Of a stretch of DNA of 64,000 nt, positions 62,429 through 64,000 are shown piece by piece. The stretch is from an uncultured Bacteroidaceae bacterium (GTDB taxonomy: Bacteria; Bacteroidota; Bacteroidia; Bacteroidales; Bacteroidaceae): NCBI GenBank assembly GCA_934426255.1, contig CAKRYD010000004.1, positions 28,320 through 92,319 on the forward strand, in the 5' to 3' direction. The notes under the pieces are model-generated. The model did not search any database and was not told the DNA's origin. It worked only from the letters and a program-made list of their open reading frames with translations. Position 1 is the first letter of the stretch. Every line of letters starts with the position of its first letter. Position numbers and translations under genes: made by a program.

Positions 62429-63466
62429 ATGAGCAAGTTGATTGAAATACGCGATTATAAGCCGCTGCTGGACGTACAGCAGAACGAGCTGGCCATAAAA
62501 CTGGTGAAGAGCTTCTTTCAAGAAAACCTGGCCACGGGGCTCAAGCTGCACCGCACCACGGGTCCCCTCTTTGTGCTCAAGGGCACCGGCATCAACGATG
62601 ACCTGAGCGGCACCGAGCGCGCCGTCACCTTTCCGGTGCGCGACATGGGCGACGCACGCGCCGAGGTGGTGCACTCGCTGGCCAAGTGGAAACGCCTGAT
62701 ACTGGCCGACCACCACATCGAGCCGGGCTATGGCATCTATACCGACATGAACGCCATACGCGCCGACGAGGAGCTCGACAACACCCATTCGCTCTATGTG
62801 GACCAGTGGGACTGGGAGCGCGTCATAACGCCCGCCGAGCGCACCACGGCATTCCTGCGCAAAGTGGTCAAACGCATCTACTCGGCCATGCTGCGCACCG
62901 AATTTCTCGTGTGTGAGCAATACCCGCAAATCCGTCCACAGCTGCCCGACGACATCTACTTTATTCACGCCGAAGAGCTGCGCCGCCGCTATCCCGACAA
63001 AACCGCCAAAGAGCGCGAAGACCTCATAGCCCGCGAAAAAGGCAGCGTGTTTATCATCGGCATAGGAGGCCCCCTGGGCGACGGCAAGCCCCACGACCTG
63101 CGCGCCCCCGACTATGACGACTATACCACACCGGGCGACGACGGACTGCCGGGACTCAACGGCGACCTCATCGTATGGGACGAAATACTGCAACGCTCGC
63201 TCGAGCTCAGCTCCATGGGCATACGTGTAGACCGGGAAGCCCTCGTGAGACAGCTGCACCAATCGGGCAACGACGACCGTCTGCAGCTCTACTTCCACCG
63301 CAGGCTCGTGGGCGGCGAACTGCCGCTGAGCATCGGAGGAGGCATAGGGCAGTCGCGCCTGTGCATGCTCTTCCTGCGCAAAGCCCACATCGGCGAAGTG
63401 CAGGCCAGCATATGGCCCGACGACATGCGCCGCAAGTGTGCCGAAGCCGGCATCAGACTCATCTGA
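62429..63466 (+). CDS. asnA: aspartate--ammonia ligase
   Basis: Start trimmed to MSKLIEIRDY at 62429. LHRTTGPLFV, HSLYVDQWDWERVI and GGGIGQSRLCM are AsnA motifs. Confidence 0.95.
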   Translation: MSKLIEIRDYKPLLDVQQNELAIKLVKSFFQENLATGLKLHRTTGPLFVLKGTGINDDLSGTERAVTFPVRDMGDARAEVVHSLAKWKRLILADHHIEPGYGIYTDMNAIRADEELDNTHSLYVDQWDWERVITPAERTTAFLRKVVKRIYSAMLRTEFLVCEQYPQIRPQLPDDIYFIHAEELRRRYPDKTAKEREDLIAREKGSVFIIGIGGPLGDGKPHDLRAPDYDDYTTPGDDGLPGLNGDLIVWDEILQRSLELSSMGIRVDREALVRQLHQSGNDDRLQLYFHRRLVGGELPLSIGGGIGQSRLCMLFLRKAHIGEVQASIWPDDMRRKCAEAGIRLI

Positions 63467-63527
63467 CGCCCCGGCAAGCACCCCCATAGGCAACCCAAAA
63501 ACAGTTCATCATAATCAAATTTTATAT

Positions 63528-63561
63528 GGAGACCTGCTGAGACGGCACGTCTCCTTTTTTT
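63528..63561 (+). terminator. Rho-independent terminator after asnA
   Basis: 6-bp stem ggagac / gtctcc with a 15-nt loop, followed by a 7-T run. Confidence 0.6.
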
Positions 63562-63651
63562 ATCTGCTGACAATCATGCAGTTGCAAAAAAAATCGCGAT
63601 AAAACAGAAAAATAATCGCAAATATCCTTGCACGGAACAAAAAGAATACAC

Positions 63652-63659
63652 TATCTTTG
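63652..63659 (+). promoter_or_regulatory. -7 box TATCTTTG
   Basis: Exact match 42 nt upstream of the ATG at 63701. Confidence 0.5.
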
Positions 63660-63700
63660 CAGCGAAAACAGAAGTTAACCTTATTATTTAAAATAATATA

Positions 63701-64000
63701 ATGAACTCAAGCGACTTAAAACCCCAAATGCCCACCGTCTCAGGCAGCTACATCAAGAGACACCCCGAACTGGCCGACATGCTCAAGCACCTGCGGCCCG
63801 GAAGCTGCATCAGTATGAACAACGGCGCGCACTACCTGATGTGCGAAGCCCTGTATGAACCCCTCGACTACCGCCCCTGCCTGCGCTGCTCGCTGCAGCA
63901 CCAGAGCGAGAGCTTCTGCCTGCGCCACCGCCTGTGCTGCGCCCATGCACGGCCCGATGGCACAAGCGTACGTTTCATCCTTTTAACCCCAGAATCATGA
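63701..64000 (+). CDS. hypothetical Cys-rich 99-aa protein
   Basis: Complete ORF whose TGA occupies the last 3 nt of the window. It has seven Cys, including CLRC and CC. It is preceded by a -7 box. No family recognised. Confidence 0.4.
   Translation: MNSSDLKPQMPTVSGSYIKRHPELADMLKHLRPGSCISMNNGAHYLMCEALYEPLDYRPCLRCSLQHQSESFCLRHRLCCAHARPDGTSVRFILLTPES

Noticed and set aside
60752-63493. 505-aa plus-strand ORF 60752..62269 and 359-aa minus-strand ORF 62414..63493
   Set aside because: The first runs antisense through the esterase 5' end, both HU-like genes and intergenic DNA. The second is antisense to asnA. Both look like open-frame artefacts of GC-rich sequence.
1-64000. Search for CRISPR arrays, rRNA and tRNA genes
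   Set aside because: There are no regularly spaced 25-40-bp repeats anywhere. There are no tRNA-like T-arm/acceptor signatures in the intergenic regions, including 34043-34604, and no rRNA-like sequence.

Overview
The window is a 64-kb chromosomal segment that looks like Bacteroidota, probably Bacteroidales. Three things support this: many genes are preceded by the Bacteroides-type -7 promoter box TAnnTTTG, several families are typical of the phylum (DUF1573, DUF4270, DUF4421, short glycogen-synthase-like protein, a BspA-type LRR protein with a T9SS-like tail), and the rhamnose cluster has the Bacteroides layout.

Most of the window is housekeeping: rsmE, ruvC, gdhA, clpC-type ATPase, cdaA-folP, glyQS, lysA, lysC, ftsE, hisH-A-F-IE, proS, panC, panD, rhaB-A-T-D and asnA.

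Two accessory regions stand out.

(1) 7.75-15.07 kb is an eight-gene, almost gap-free operon. It runs XRE-cupin regulator, acyl-CoA synthetase, FdtA-like 3,4-ketoisomerase, FemAB/GNAT-like acyltransferase, DegT aminotransferase, then three glycosyltransferases. This predicts an N-acylated 3-amino-3,6-dideoxyhexose glycan.

(2) 29.2-34.6 kb is a visibly AT-rich islet inserted between the clpC-type gene and the folP-cdaA operon.
- Its core is a translationally coupled triad: a class-III-like Fic AMPylase, a 137-aa orphan protein, and a GmrSD-type (DUF262+DUF1524) nuclease.
- It also carries a 229-aa orphan whose C-terminal half seems to share a module with the C-terminal extension of the nuclease.
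- Several decayed genes lie around these: a KilA-N pseudogene, an XRE-HTH remnant and an AAA-ATPase N-terminal remnant.
- About 270 bp of repeat-bearing non-coding DNA is left unexplained.

I consider the triad and its satellite the best candidate for an undescribed defence-type system.

A HigB/HigA-like toxin-antitoxin pair sits at 23.2-23.9 kb. I found no rRNA, tRNA, CRISPR array, integrase or transposase.

All family calls come from motif recognition by eye. No database search was run, so orphan calls and fold guesses are explicitly tentative.
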